Positions 51,155-61,073 of a stretch of DNA of 64,000 bases are shown here, piece after piece. The DNA is from an uncultured Planctomycetota bacterium (GTDB lineage Bacteria; Planctomycetota; Planctomycetia; Isosphaerales; Isosphaeraceae): positions 4,256,001 through 4,320,000 of the forward strand of contig CAVTTN010000002.1 of assembly GCA_963737655.1 (NCBI GenBank), written 5' to 3'. Position 1 is the stretch's first letter. Each line of letters opens with the position of its first letter. A program made the position numbers and the translations under genes. The notes under the pieces were generated by a model. It was not told the origin of the DNA. It saw only the letters and a list, made by a program, of their open reading frames with translations, and did no database searches.

Positions 51155-52564
51155 ATGTTGGAAGCCCCTTTCCGGATAGCCTCTCAGCGGGCGATCCTCG
51201 AGCAGCTCCGGCAAGAGAACCAGGTGCTCCGCGCCCGAGTCGTCGAGTTGGAGCAGACGGTCCGCGAGGCCCTCGACCGGAACCGGCAGCCCCAGGAGAA
51301 GCTCGATGAGCAGGCGCGTGCGGCGGCCCGCCAGGCCGCCCCGTCCCGCCGCCGCGAGTCCAGGAAGGTCCCTGACGGGTCCAAGAAGCGGCCCGGGCGA
51401 CCCGAGGGCCATCTCGGGGTTCACCGCCCCGTCCCTGACCACGTCGACGACGATGCCGAGGTGCCGCTGGCCGGCTGCCCCGCCTGCGGCGGCCCGGTGG
51501 CCGCCGTGGAGCCGATCGAGCAGTTCATCGAAGAGATCCCCCCGATCCGGCCCCGGGTCACGCGCCTGGTCACCTACCGGGGCGTCTGCCCGGCCTGCGG
51601 CGAGGTCCACAGCTCCCACCCCTTGCAGACCTCGACGGCCACCGGCGCCGCCAGGGCCCAGCTCGGCCCCCGCGCCCATGCCCTGGCGGCCGCCCTGAAC
51701 AAGCAGTTCGGGCTGACCATGCGCAAGGCCTGCCGCGTGCTCCGGCTCCTCGCGGGCCTGAGGCTCAGCCCCGGGGGCCTGGCCCAGGCCGTCCGGCGCA
51801 CCGCCGCGAAGGTCCTCCCGGCCTTCGACGGCCTGGTCGCCGAGGTCCGCGCCGCCGCCGCCGTGTTCGCCGACGAGACGAGCTGGTACGTCGGGGCCCC
51901 GGGGTACTGGCTGTGGACCTTCACGACCGCCGACGCCACGGTCTACCACGTGGACCGGAGCCGCGGCCGGCGGGTAGTGCTGGACATGCTCGGCGAGGAG
52001 TTCGCCGGCGTCCTGGTCAGCGACTGCCTGGCCAGCTACGAGAACCTGCCGTACCGGACGCACAAGTGCCTCGCCCACCACCAGCGGGCGATCGCCGAGG
52101 CGCGGCGCGGCCGGACACGAGCGACCCGGGGCTCCCTGGACGAGTGGAAGCTGCTGTTCACGATGGTCAACGCGCCGTGGAAGCACCGCGAGGCATTGGG
52201 CGAAGGGGAGTTCGCGCGGCAGCGGGGGGCGCTGGAGTCGTGGCTGGACCGGCTGCTGGCCGAGCCGGGGGACGAATCGATCCGGAAGCGGATCGGCAAG
52301 CGTCGCGGGGTGGTGCTGGGCTGCCTGGACGACCCCGCGGCGGAGCCGACGAACAATCGCGCGGAGCGGTCGCTGCGCGACCCCGGGGTGATCGCGCGGA
52401 AGGTCTCGTGCGGGAACAAGACCGAGGCGGGGAAGATCGCGTGGGAGCGACTCGTCAGCCTGGCGATGACCTGCCAGAAGCGAGGTCATGACTTCGTCTC
52501 CTGGCTGGCCGGTTGCTTGCCCCTGGACGCCTCAGCGGTCCCCGTCCCCGCCCCTACCCGCTAA
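51155..52564 (+). CDS. IS66-family (single-ORF type) transposase; left end missing
   Basis: Coiled coil, KRPGRPEGH.G, CPACG x2, ADETSW, GVLVSD, KCLAH, PTNNRAERSLR; right end CCCGCTAAACACGAAC 52557-52572. Confidence 0.9.
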   Translation: MLEAPFRIASQRAILEQLRQENQVLRARVVELEQTVREALDRNRQPQEKLDEQARAAARQAAPSRRRESRKVPDGSKKRPGRPEGHLGVHRPVPDHVDDDAEVPLAGCPACGGPVAAVEPIEQFIEEIPPIRPRVTRLVTYRGVCPACGEVHSSHPLQTSTATGAARAQLGPRAHALAAALNKQFGLTMRKACRVLRLLAGLRLSPGGLAQAVRRTAAKVLPAFDGLVAEVRAAAAVFADETSWYVGAPGYWLWTFTTADATVYHVDRSRGRRVVLDMLGEEFAGVLVSDCLASYENLPYRTHKCLAHHQRAIAEARRGRTRATRGSLDEWKLLFTMVNAPWKHREALGEGEFARQRGALESWLDRLLAEPGDESIRKRIGKRRGVVLGCLDDPAAEPTNNRAERSLRDPGVIARKVSCGNKTEAGKIAWERLVSLAMTCQKRGHDFVSWLAGCLPLDASAVPVPAPTR

Positions 52565-52572
52565 ACACGAAC

Positions 52573-52798
52573 TCAGGGCCGCCGCCGGCAGGGCCTCCAG
52601 GCCGCCGGTGGCCGCCATCACGACCAGGGTCGGGGCGGCGGCCGCGAGCCGGCGGACCAGCCCGGCGACGGCCTGGTCGGTCCGCGCGACGGCGAAGGGC
52701 GGCTCGCCGTCGAGGGCGACGTCGAGCCGATCCTTGGAGACGTCGATGCCGACGAAGCGCTCGGCCGGGGCCGGGGTGGGGGTGGGGGTGGTGTCCAC
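52573..52798 (-). pseudogene. IS110-family recombinase, N-terminal fragment
   Basis: FVGIDVSKDRLDVA, LVVMAATGGLE (E of the usual EATG replaced by A); cut at the IS66 right end. Confidence 0.88.
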
Positions 52799-52821
52799 GG
52801 CCTGCTCCGGGGTGGGGGTCG

Positions 52822-52970
52822 GGCCGACCTGCCCTGCCTTGCGTTCCGGCCTCGGGGGCCGAGCGACTATCCGGGCTTGGGTCGGGCGCCTGGGACGGGG
52901 CGGCGACCCGGGCTCTCCCGCGGCCTCCGACGACCTGAGGGCAGACGGCCTGCCGCCCCGTGTGCTCTTG
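52822..52970 (-). ncRNA. Putative IS110 bridge RNA in the left non-coding end
   Basis: Left end starts CTTGTAT at 53011; two stem-flanked loops with guide pairs GTCTGCCCT / GCGGGAG and ATAGTCGCT / ACGCAAG, each pair ending in CT / AG; RNA ends approximate. Confidence 0.7.
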
Positions 52971-53030
52971 CCTAGTTTGTCCACCACGACCCCCTTGTCT
53001 CAAGATACAAGGGTAAGCTCCGCCTCAGAA

Positions 53031-53085
53031 TGAAGAAGCGATCGACCCTGACGCTGGGGACGATCCAGGTTCGAGAGCAACCCCC
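53031..53085 (-). repeat. Right copy of ~50 bp imperfect inverted repeat (partner 31843-31893)
   Basis: 24-bp exact core, flanking similarity, 6-bp indel. Confidence 0.85.
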
Positions 53086-53174
53086 ACGGAGCCCGATTCG
53101 CCTTGGTGAATCGCCCCCCCGTCGGTACGATCCCCATCCCCCCGACGACCCCGGCCAGGGAGGGCCGCCGCCCG

Positions 53175-54229
53175 ATGGTCCCCGATCCGATCTGCCCGGC
53201 CTGCGCCTCGACGTTGCGACCGGGCCTCTCAGTCTGGTCGTGCCCCGGTTGCGACTCGCGGTTCCCGGCCCTCCGGGGCATCCCCGACCTCCGCACGGCC
53301 GACGACCTCTTCCGATCCAATCGCGACGACTGGGCGTTCGCCCGAGAGCTCGATTCGGCCTTCGACCGGCTGGACTTCCGGGGCCTGCTCGACCTGTATT
53401 TCGACCTGGAACCCGAAGTCCCGCCGGGGCTTCGCGATCGGCAGATCGGCCACATCCTCACGGCGCCCGGCCGGGCCGGTCAGTGGGTCGAGGCCCTGGG
53501 CGAATCCGGGCGAATCGGCCCGATCCTGGACCTCGGCTGCGGCTCGGGATCGTTCCTGGCGGCCCCGGCCGCCCGGAGCCTGCCGGCCGTCGGCGTCGAT
53601 ATCGCGCTGAGATGGCTCGTCGTGGCCCGGAAACGCCTGGACGAGGACGGCCTGGAGGCGGTCCGGCTCGTCTGCGCCTGCGCCGAACGCCTGCCGTTCC
53701 GCGACGCGGGCTTCTCCGGGATCGTCGCCGGGGACTCGATCGAGCACGTGGAGTCGGCCGAACGGACGATCGCCGAATCGCACCGGGTCCTCCGACCGGG
53801 AGGCCTCCTGGTGATGGCCACGCCGAACCGATTCAGCCTGGCGCCCAGCCCCACGTCGGCGCGTGGGGGGTCGGCTTCTTGCCAAGGCGTTTGATGGCCC
53901 CTTACGTTCGTTTTACGCGAAGAATGAACTTCCAGGCGATCCACACGCGGGGCCAGGACGAATGGAAACGTCTGCTGGAGCGGAGCCCGTTCGGAGGAGG
54001 CACGATCACCCCTCCGCCGATCCCCTCCGAGGACGTCCGCCGATTCGGCCCCGTGAAGCGTCGGCTCGCCGGCCTCTATCATGAGGCGATCGGCTGGAAG
54101 CCGGGACGGGCGCTGGCCCTGCGGTTCGGCCCTCTGTTCCACATGGCCTGCGAACGTCCGACCGGGCCGGTCCCGCGACCCACCCGAGCCACTCGCCGAC
54201 GGTCCACGCCGTCAGGAGCGCCCCGGTAA
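53175..54229 (+). CDS. Class I SAM-dependent methyltransferase with N-terminal CxxC knuckle; frameshift near 53846
   Basis: CPAC...CPGC..FP..RGIPDL, ILDLGCGSG, GVDI, AERLPF, RVLRPGG, TPNRFS then PHVG.WGVGFLPR in the next frame. Confidence 0.88.
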
Positions 54230-55004
54230 GCGCCCCGGCATCGAAGAAGGCCCCTCCGCACCGTCGCTTTCGGAAAAGCGTCGCGATCAATCGAACGACC
54301 TGGGAGGCGAGCATCGCGGCCCCCAGGACGACCCGAATCCACCCGGAAATCCGCGAAGATCGGCCTGCCGAGAGCCTCCCGAAGCCGAACCCGAGCCGCA
54401 ACCGGTCATCGATCGCCTGTCGGAGAGGAATCTCTCGACGATGGATCACTCGGGCGCCCGGGAGCTCGCGGCACCCGCCTCGGAGGCCGGCGGCGACCTC
54501 CGATTCGTGAACGTCTCCGGGGCCGAGACGTCCCCGGCGGACCGCGAAGTTGTTCCCGGCCAACCGCGACGCGTCGCCTGGCCCGGTGGAATCCGCCAGG
54601 AACGGGGCATATTCGCAGAAGAACACGGCCCAATCGACGATCCCCGCTTCTTCTCGATGCCCGACCGGCCCCGAGGCGGCGAGGGTCGTCGGGTCCCGGA
54701 ACGCCTCGACCCAGGAATCGGCCCAGCCCGGCCCGACGTCGCAGGAATCCTCGGTGAACGCCACGACGTCGGCCGTCGCGAGTTCCAGCCCGAGGCGGCG
54801 AAGGCGGTGGGCGTCGTCGCGAGCCCCGCCGACGACGGCCCGGGCCCCCGGGATCGCTCGGCCGTCGGCCAGGCCGCCGCGGATCGCGACGATCACTTCC
54901 ACTCTCGGCGAGGGTCGTCCAATCGACTCGACGGATCGCCGGGCGGCGTCGGCCGATTCGGTCGCGGCGACGATCACGGACAACGCGGCCGTTCCCCCGG
55001 TCAT
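54006..55004 (-). CDS. Glycosyltransferase family 2
   Basis: LSVIVA, VVAFTED, WAVFFCEY, LAGNN; paralog of 55001-55909; ATGA coupling. Confidence 0.82.
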   Translation of the reverse strand: MTGGTAALSVIVAATESADAARRSVESIGRPSPRVEVIVAIRGGLADGRAIPGARAVVGGARDDAHRLRRLGLELATADVVAFTEDSCDVGPGWADSWVEAFRDPTTLAASGPVGHREEAGIVDWAVFFCEYAPFLADSTGPGDASRLAGNNFAVRRGRLGPGDVHESEVAAGLRGGCRELPGARVIHRREIPLRQAIDDRLRLGFGFGRLSAGRSSRISGWIRVVLGAAMLASQVVRLIATLFRKRRCGGAFFDAGALTGALLTAWTVGEWLGWVAGPARSDVRRPCGTEGRTAGPAPVPASSRSPHDRGRRADASRGRIGGRPRRGSAEG

Positions 55005-55909
55005 TCCACCTTCGCCAGGCTCGAACCCGGGCCGATCAGGTAGCCGACCATCTCGCCGACCGCGCCGACGGTCAGGAACAGGGCGATCAGGGGTGAACAG
55101 ACGGCAAATTTGCCGAGATGTCTCCGTTTCGCCAGGGCGTTCCGGGTGACCCGGGCCATCAGCAAGCCGGGCAAGGCCGCCGAGCCGAAGCCGTAGACCA
55201 GCCGCTTCGCCCACGATTGATCCGGCCGCCTCATCCCGGCGTAAGACCGGGCGAAATGGAACCTCTGGGCGAGGAAATAGCCGAGGCGAAACGGCTTGAT
55301 GTGCCTCACGGCCGCGGCATTGGTCGAGGCGATCGGGACGCCGTCGGCGCGGAGGCGATCGTTGATCCAGGACTCCCATTTCCCCTCGTCCAGGACCTGC
55401 GCGTGCCTGAGCAAATGAGGGCGCTTGTACGCGATGTTGTTCCCCGGGAGGTCGGCGGCGGCGCCCTCGACGACGGGCCTCATGTAGGGGGTGTATTCGC
55501 AGAAGAAGACGGCCCAGTTGACCAGGCCGTCCCGGCCGTTCTCGACCGCCCCGCCGACGGCGCCCCAGGGGCCGTCGTGGGCCCGGATCATCGCGGAGGC
55601 CCATCCGGGCTCGACCTCGGCATGGTCCTCGATGATCGCCACGAGCGGGCCCGAGGCCCGTTTCACGCCGAGATACCGCAATCGGGGGATCGGCAAGCGG
55701 GTCGGCTGCTCGACCACCAGGACCGGGGGGTCCCGATCCGCCAGGCGATCGCCCAGGGTCCCTCCCGAGGCATCCACGACCACGACCTCGATCTGGTCCC
55801 GCTGGGCCAGGGCGTCGAGCGAGTCGAGCGTCGGGCCGAGGACGTCCCAGCCGTTCACGGCGGCGATCACGACGGATAGCGAGGGCTCGGCGATCGGCAT
55901 GGGTTCCAT
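55001..55909 (-). CDS. Glycosyltransferase family 2
   Basis: LSVVIAAVN, EVVVVD, VAIIEDH, GAVGG, LPGNNIAY; C-terminal TMs. Confidence 0.88.
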   Translation of the reverse strand: MEPMPIAEPSLSVVIAAVNGWDVLGPTLDSLDALAQRDQIEVVVVDASGGTLGDRLADRDPPVLVVEQPTRLPIPRLRYLGVKRASGPLVAIIEDHAEVEPGWASAMIRAHDGPWGAVGGAVENGRDGLVNWAVFFCEYTPYMRPVVEGAAADLPGNNIAYKRPHLLRHAQVLDEGKWESWINDRLRADGVPIASTNAAAVRHIKPFRLGYFLAQRFHFARSYAGMRRPDQSWAKRLVYGFGSAALPGLLMARVTRNALAKRRHLGKFAVCSPLIALFLTVGAVGEMVGYLIGPGSSLAKVE

Positions 55910-55998
55910 CCCGGGGGGCGAGGGATCAATCCTGGCGGACGGGCATCCTACCGACCGGCTCGATCCTCGGCAACGCGAGCTGGGGATGGCCGAGGGCC

Positions 55999-58797
55999 TC
56001 AGGCCTTGGCCACGGCCTCGGCGGTGAACCTGGCGGCGGAGGCCCTGGGCCGCGTCAGCGGCTTCAGCGGGAGGTGGACCCGGAACGTGGTCCCCTGGCC
56101 GGGCGTCGAATCGACCTCGATCGTCCCCCCGTGGTCCTGGACGATCCCGTAGCTGATCGACAGGCCCAGGCCCGTGCCCACGCCCACCGGCTTGGTGGTG
56201 AAGAAGGGGTCAAATATCCGCTCGCGGACCGCCGGCTCGATCCCGGTCCCCCGGTCCTCGACCTCGATCAGCACCCCTCCGGACTCGACGTTGGTGCGGA
56301 TCGTGACCACCCCGGCCTCGTGGCTGGCGTCGATCGCATTCGACAGCAGGTTCATGATGACCTGGTTGATTTTCGCCGGATAGCACGTGACCAGGGGGAG
56401 GGGGTTGAGCGCCTGCTCGATGGTGACCTGCTTCTTCTTGGCGTGCCCCAGGACGATATTGATCGTCGAGCCCATCCCGGCGTTGAGGTCCACCTCGTTG
56501 AGGTCCGACTCGTCGAGCCGGGCGAAGACGCGGAGGTCCTTGACGATCTGCTGGATCCGGTTGAGGCCCTCTCGGGTCCGGGAGAGGAGGCCGGGGAGGT
56601 TGTGGAGCGTGTAGTCCAGGTCCACGCGGTCCCAGAGCTCGCGGACCCGGGCGAGGACCTCCGGGTTGCAGGCGGCGAGGCTGTCGTCGGCCTGGCGATA
56701 GAGGGCGATGACCTCCTCGACGTCGGCCAGGTCGCGCTGGAGGACGCAGACGTTGTTGCTGACGAAGGCCAGGGGATTGTTGATCTCGTGGGCCACCCCG
56801 GCGACCATCTCGCCCAGCCCGGCGAGCTTGGCGGTCTGGACCATCCGGCTCTGCGCCTGCTTGAGCTCCTGGTGGGCCCTCCGTTCGGATCGGGCCATCT
56901 CCTGGAGCTGGAGGTTCTGCTCGCGGAGCTTCTCCTCGGAGTCCTTCCTCAGGGTGATGTCCGACAGCGAGCCGGCCATCCTCGTGGCCCGGCCCGAGGG
57001 GTTCCAGACCGCCTGCCCTCGGGCCTGGTACCAGAGGTATTCGCCCGATCGGGTCTTCGCCCGGTATTCCACGTCGAACGGGGCGTGGAGCCTCAGGTGG
57101 GCCCGGATCCTCTGATCGAACCGCTCTCGGTCGTCGGGGTGGATCCGGCCGTGGTGGGCCTCGACGGTGTTGGGGAACTCCTTGTCGGGGAAGCCCAGGA
57201 GCTCCTTGAATCGGGGGGAGTAATAGATCTCGTCGGTCTCCACGTTCCAGTCCCAGAGGCCGTCGTTGGAGCCCCGGACGGCCATCGCGAACCGCTCCTC
57301 GCTCCGGGCGAGCTCCTCCTCGGCCCGTTTCTTGCCGGTGACGTCCCAGAAGATCCCCTGGATCCCGGCCACTTCGCCGTGGGAATCGACCACCGGGGCC
57401 TTGATGACCTGGACGTAGTGGGTCTTGCCGTCCGGGGTCACGTGGCGTTCCATCGCCTCCAGGGGCAGGCCGCTCTCGATGACTTTCAGGTCGTCGCCCC
57501 GGTACTTCTCGGCGAGCTCGGGCGGGAAGAAGTCGAAGTCGGTCCGGCCGATGACCTCGTCTCGGGTCCGGCCGATCGTGGCGCAGAACCGGCCGTTGAC
57601 GAAAGTGAACCGCTCGTCGCATCCCTTGCGGAAGATGTTCTGGGGGAGGGTCTCGACCAGCGAATGATAGAGGGCCTCGGAGTCCTTCCGGGCCGTCTCG
57701 ACCCTCTCCCTCTCCTCGAACTGGGACTGCAGGCCGGTCTGGAGCCGGGACAGGCGTCGATTCAGGCGGACCACGTAGGCCGTGGCCCCGGCCAGCCCCA
57801 GGATCAGGACCAGGGCCGAGAGCACCCACCAGCGATGAGACCGGACGGCCTCGGCCAGGGTGATCTGGCCCACGGTGTCGTAGGGCGGCAGCTTGAGCTC
57901 GCGGAGGGCCTCGTGGACCGGCCGGTAATTCTGGGGGATCGTCCAGCCCGCCGACTCGGCGGCCTTCGACGCCGGGTCGGCCGGCGAGAGCTTGAGCAGG
58001 GCGATGGTGACCTTCTGCGCCAGGTCGTCGGGCGTCCCCCGGACCGCCGCCAGGGGCCACTCGGGGTAGAGCTCGGTGGACCGGGGCAGCGGATAGCTCG
58101 CGTCCGGCGGCTGCCGGTTCAGGATGCGGAACTTGCTCGCGTCGATCCGTTCCAGCTCGTCGGACCGGACCGTCCCGGCGTCGGCCTTCCCATCGAGGAT
58201 CGCCTGCGTCACCCCCCCGTGGGTCCCTTCCCAGAGGAGCTCGCGGAAATCCCGCTTCGGGTCGATCCCCGCCCGGGCGATCTCGCGATACGCCAGCAGC
58301 CAGCCGCCGAACGACCCGGGATCGACGGCCGCGAACCGCTGGCCCTTGAGGTCGGAGAGGCGGACCAGGTCGGTCCGGTCGGCCCGGGCCAGGATCACCG
58401 CCCCTTCCAGCTTGCAGGCGATGCCCGCGTGGAAGGTCTGGAGGGTCAGGATCCTCATCGCCTGGTGCCGGGTCTCGTAGATGATGTACTCCCACGGGTT
58501 GGTCAGGACGAAATCGACCCGGCGCTCGGCCACGGCCGAATCGACCTCCTCGAACCGCAAGGGGACGACCTCGAACCTCTCGGTGGGGATCTCCGATTCG
58601 AGGTAGCGGGCCGTCGGCTCCCACATCTGCCTGGCCTTGTCGACGCCGAGGTGGGCGAGGAACCCGAGGCGGACGGGGCGGCGGGGCGGCCCGTCCTGGC
58701 CGAAGGCGGCCGGGCGGATCGCGGCGAAGGCCAGGAGCAGGAGAAGGGCGGTCCTCATGAATGCAAGCGCTCGGGGACCCGGAGCCGGGCCGGTCAT
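55999..58797 (-). CDS. Sensor histidine kinase: PhnD-like periplasmic binding domain, 2 PAS, HisKA, HATPase_c
   Basis: DLKGQRFAAVDPGSFGG, YPEWP, TM, PAS, AGVAHEINNP, NLLSNAIDA, FDPFFTTK..GVGTGLGL. Confidence 0.93.
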   Translation of the reverse strand: MTGPAPGPRALAFMRTALLLLLAFAAIRPAAFGQDGPPRRPVRLGFLAHLGVDKARQMWEPTARYLESEIPTERFEVVPLRFEEVDSAVAERRVDFVLTNPWEYIIYETRHQAMRILTLQTFHAGIACKLEGAVILARADRTDLVRLSDLKGQRFAAVDPGSFGGWLLAYREIARAGIDPKRDFRELLWEGTHGGVTQAILDGKADAGTVRSDELERIDASKFRILNRQPPDASYPLPRSTELYPEWPLAAVRGTPDDLAQKVTIALLKLSPADPASKAAESAGWTIPQNYRPVHEALRELKLPPYDTVGQITLAEAVRSHRWWVLSALVLILGLAGATAYVVRLNRRLSRLQTGLQSQFEERERVETARKDSEALYHSLVETLPQNIFRKGCDERFTFVNGRFCATIGRTRDEVIGRTDFDFFPPELAEKYRGDDLKVIESGLPLEAMERHVTPDGKTHYVQVIKAPVVDSHGEVAGIQGIFWDVTGKKRAEEELARSEERFAMAVRGSNDGLWDWNVETDEIYYSPRFKELLGFPDKEFPNTVEAHHGRIHPDDRERFDQRIRAHLRLHAPFDVEYRAKTRSGEYLWYQARGQAVWNPSGRATRMAGSLSDITLRKDSEEKLREQNLQLQEMARSERRAHQELKQAQSRMVQTAKLAGLGEMVAGVAHEINNPLAFVSNNVCVLQRDLADVEEVIALYRQADDSLAACNPEVLARVRELWDRVDLDYTLHNLPGLLSRTREGLNRIQQIVKDLRVFARLDESDLNEVDLNAGMGSTINIVLGHAKKKQVTIEQALNPLPLVTCYPAKINQVIMNLLSNAIDASHEAGVVTIRTNVESGGVLIEVEDRGTGIEPAVRERIFDPFFTTKPVGVGTGLGLSISYGIVQDHGGTIEVDSTPGQGTTFRVHLPLKPLTRPRASAARFTAEAVAKA

Positions 58798-59581
58798 CGG
58801 CCGTCGGCCTCGGGGTCCGGGGAATAGTAGCGGATGTCCTCGCCGGAAAGGACGCGATCCACGGCTTCCTGGACGGTCCTCAGGAGATCCACCGTCGCCG
58901 GGTCGGCGGCGAGGAGGGCGGGCCCGTCGGTCAGGAGCACCTGTCCCTCGAATGCCAGCCGGTGGAGGGCGTAGGCGAGCCCGCGATCGAGCCGATCGGC
59001 CTCGCGGAGCTGCCCTTCCAGCCCGGCCAGGGCCCGGAGCAACTCGGCCGCCTCCTCGGGAGCGACCCTCTCGCCCCGGCGAAGGCTGGGCAGCAGGGCC
59101 GACGGGTCCGAATCCCCCGAGGCCGCGTGGCGGAGGATGATCTCCTGAGCGGTCTCCGGGCCGTCGGACGAGCCCGGAGCCCCGGCGCCACGAACTTCGG
59201 GGCCTCGTCGTCGGCCTTCCGGGCCGAGGCGGACCATTCGGCGAGGTAATCCGGGTCGCTGGCCAGGGCGTCCAGGCTCCGGAGAGGGCCTCGACGGACC
59301 TCCTCTTCCTCGGCCTTGACCTGCCCCTCCTCGGCCTCGATCGCCCTTCGGAGCAGGTCTTCGCAGAACGATTGGACCGTCCGATGCCCGCCCCTCATCG
59401 CCAGGGCCTCCGCCGCGTCGAGGGTGCGCCCCGGGAGGTACAGCGAGAGCAATTGCGGCTCGGCGTGGGGGTCGGGCGGCCTCTTCTCCCCGGTCCGGTA
59501 GATGCCGGGGAGCCTGCGGAACCGGGAGAATCGCGGGCGATTGGGCGGCACGGGTCGCTCCGAAGGAATCGGATCGGACAA
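58794..59581 (-). CDS. Hypothetical protein; frameshift near 59180
   Basis: Coherent segments in ORFs 58931..59695 and 58794..59237; GGAG before TTG 59581; ATGA overlap with the kinase gene. Confidence 0.6.
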
Positions 59582-59609
59582 CCGACGCTCCGAACGATCC
59601 GGGCGGGGC

Positions 59610-61073
59610 TCAGGCCGACGCGCGATGGCCGGGCGTCTTCTTCTCCAGGCAGGCCGAGCCCGAAGGCAGCATCTTCTCCGGGCTGCACCGCCCATCCGGG
59701 TTGAACACCGACCGCAGGGCGGCCATCGCCGCCAGGTCGTCGGGGGAGAACAGTCGGGTCATCAGGCTGATCTTCTCCACGCCGATGCCGTGCTCGCCGG
59801 TCACGCTGCCCCCGCAGGCGATGCATTCCTCCAGGATCTCGTGGCTGGCCTCCAGGACCCGCCGGACCTGCTCGGGGTCTCGCTCATCGAAGAGTAAGAT
59901 AGGATGGATATTCCCATCCCCGGCGTGAAAAACGTTGGCGATCCGCAGGTTGTGGAACTCGCCGATCCGGGTGATCTGGCGGAGGATATGCGGCAGCTTC
60001 GTCCGCGGGACCACGCCGTCCTGGGTGCAGAACGTCGGGCTCAGGCGGCCGATGGCGCCGAAGGCCGATTTGCGGCTCTTCCAGATCGCCACGTATTCCG
60101 GCTCCTTCCGGGTCCTCCAGGGGATCGATTTCTGGACGGACCCGCCGTTCTGGCGGACGATCTCGGCGATGGCGTGGGCCTCGCGGTCCAGGCCCGCCTC
60201 CAGGCCGTCGGTCTCGATGATCAGGACCGCGCCGGCCTCGGTCGGGAAGCCGAACCCGAACGCCTGCTCGATGGCCCGGATCATGAGGTTGTCGAGCATC
60301 TCCAGGGCCGCCGGGACGATCCCCGAGCCGATGATCCCGCTGACGGTGGCCGTGGCGTCGTCCACCGAGTCGAACACGCCGAGGAACGTCCGGCCCGCCT
60401 CGGGGTCCCTCGTGAGGTTCACGATCACCTTCGTCGCGATCCCGAACGTCCCCTCGTTGCCCACGACCAGGCCGGTCAGGTCGTACCCCGGAGGATCTTG
60501 CCCAAGCCCCCCCACCTCCAGGATCGAGCCGTCGGGCAGGACGAGCTCGACCCCCAGGACGTGGTTGACCGTCACCCCATACTTCAACGTGTGAGGGCCG
60601 CCCGAATTCGTCGCCACGTTCCCGCCGATCGTGCAGGCCGACTGGCTCGACGGATCGGGCGCATAGTGGAACCCCGAGCCGCCCAGGGCCCGGGTCAGCC
60701 ACACGTTCACCACGCCCGGCTCGACGATGGCGTAGCGGTCCCGGGTGTTGACTTCCAGGATCCGCTTCATCCGGGTCAGGCAGATCATCACGCCGCCGCC
60801 GACGGCCAGGGTCCCGCCCGCCAGGCTCGTCCCGGCGCCTCGGGGGACGAACGGAACGTCATACCGATTACAGAGTTTCACCACCTCGACGACGTGATCC
60901 CGGCAGGTGGGGAAGACCACCACGTCGGGCACGTTCTTCTCGATCACGAAGCCGTCGCACTCATACACGACGAGCTCGTCGTGGTCGTGAAGCAGATTCT
61001 CCGCGCCGACGATCGCCTCGAGGTCGGCCAGGAGGGATCGGCTCAGGGTCGACGGAGGAGGAGCGACGGACAT
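59610..61073 (-). CDS. glcD: FAD-linked oxidase, glycolate oxidase subunit GlcD-like
   Basis: PRGAGTSLAGG, PDPSSQ..CTIGGNVATNSGGPH.LKYG, FHAGDGNIHP, GEHGIG. Confidence 0.9.
   Translation of the reverse strand: MSVAPPPSTLSRSLLADLEAIVGAENLLHDHDELVVYECDGFVIEKNVPDVVVFPTCRDHVVEVVKLCNRYDVPFVPRGAGTSLAGGTLAVGGGVMICLTRMKRILEVNTRDRYAIVEPGVVNVWLTRALGGSGFHYAPDPSSQSACTIGGNVATNSGGPHTLKYGVTVNHVLGVELVLPDGSILEVGGLGQDPPGYDLTGLVVGNEGTFGIATKVIVNLTRDPEAGRTFLGVFDSVDDATATVSGIIGSGIVPAALEMLDNLMIRAIEQAFGFGFPTEAGAVLIIETDGLEAGLDREAHAIAEIVRQNGGSVQKSIPWRTRKEPEYVAIWKSRKSAFGAIGRLSPTFCTQDGVVPRTKLPHILRQITRIGEFHNLRIANVFHAGDGNIHPILLFDERDPEQVRRVLEASHEILEECIACGGSVTGEHGIGVEKISLMTRLFSPDDLAAMAALRSVFNPDGRCSPEKMLPSGSACLEKKTPGHRASA

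Noticed and set aside
56074..58827. Long plus-strand ORF (917 aa) and similar long antisense ORFs such as 5571..8210, 10649..13474, 28134..30536
   Set aside because: Antisense shadows of well-supported genes, typical of high-GC DNA
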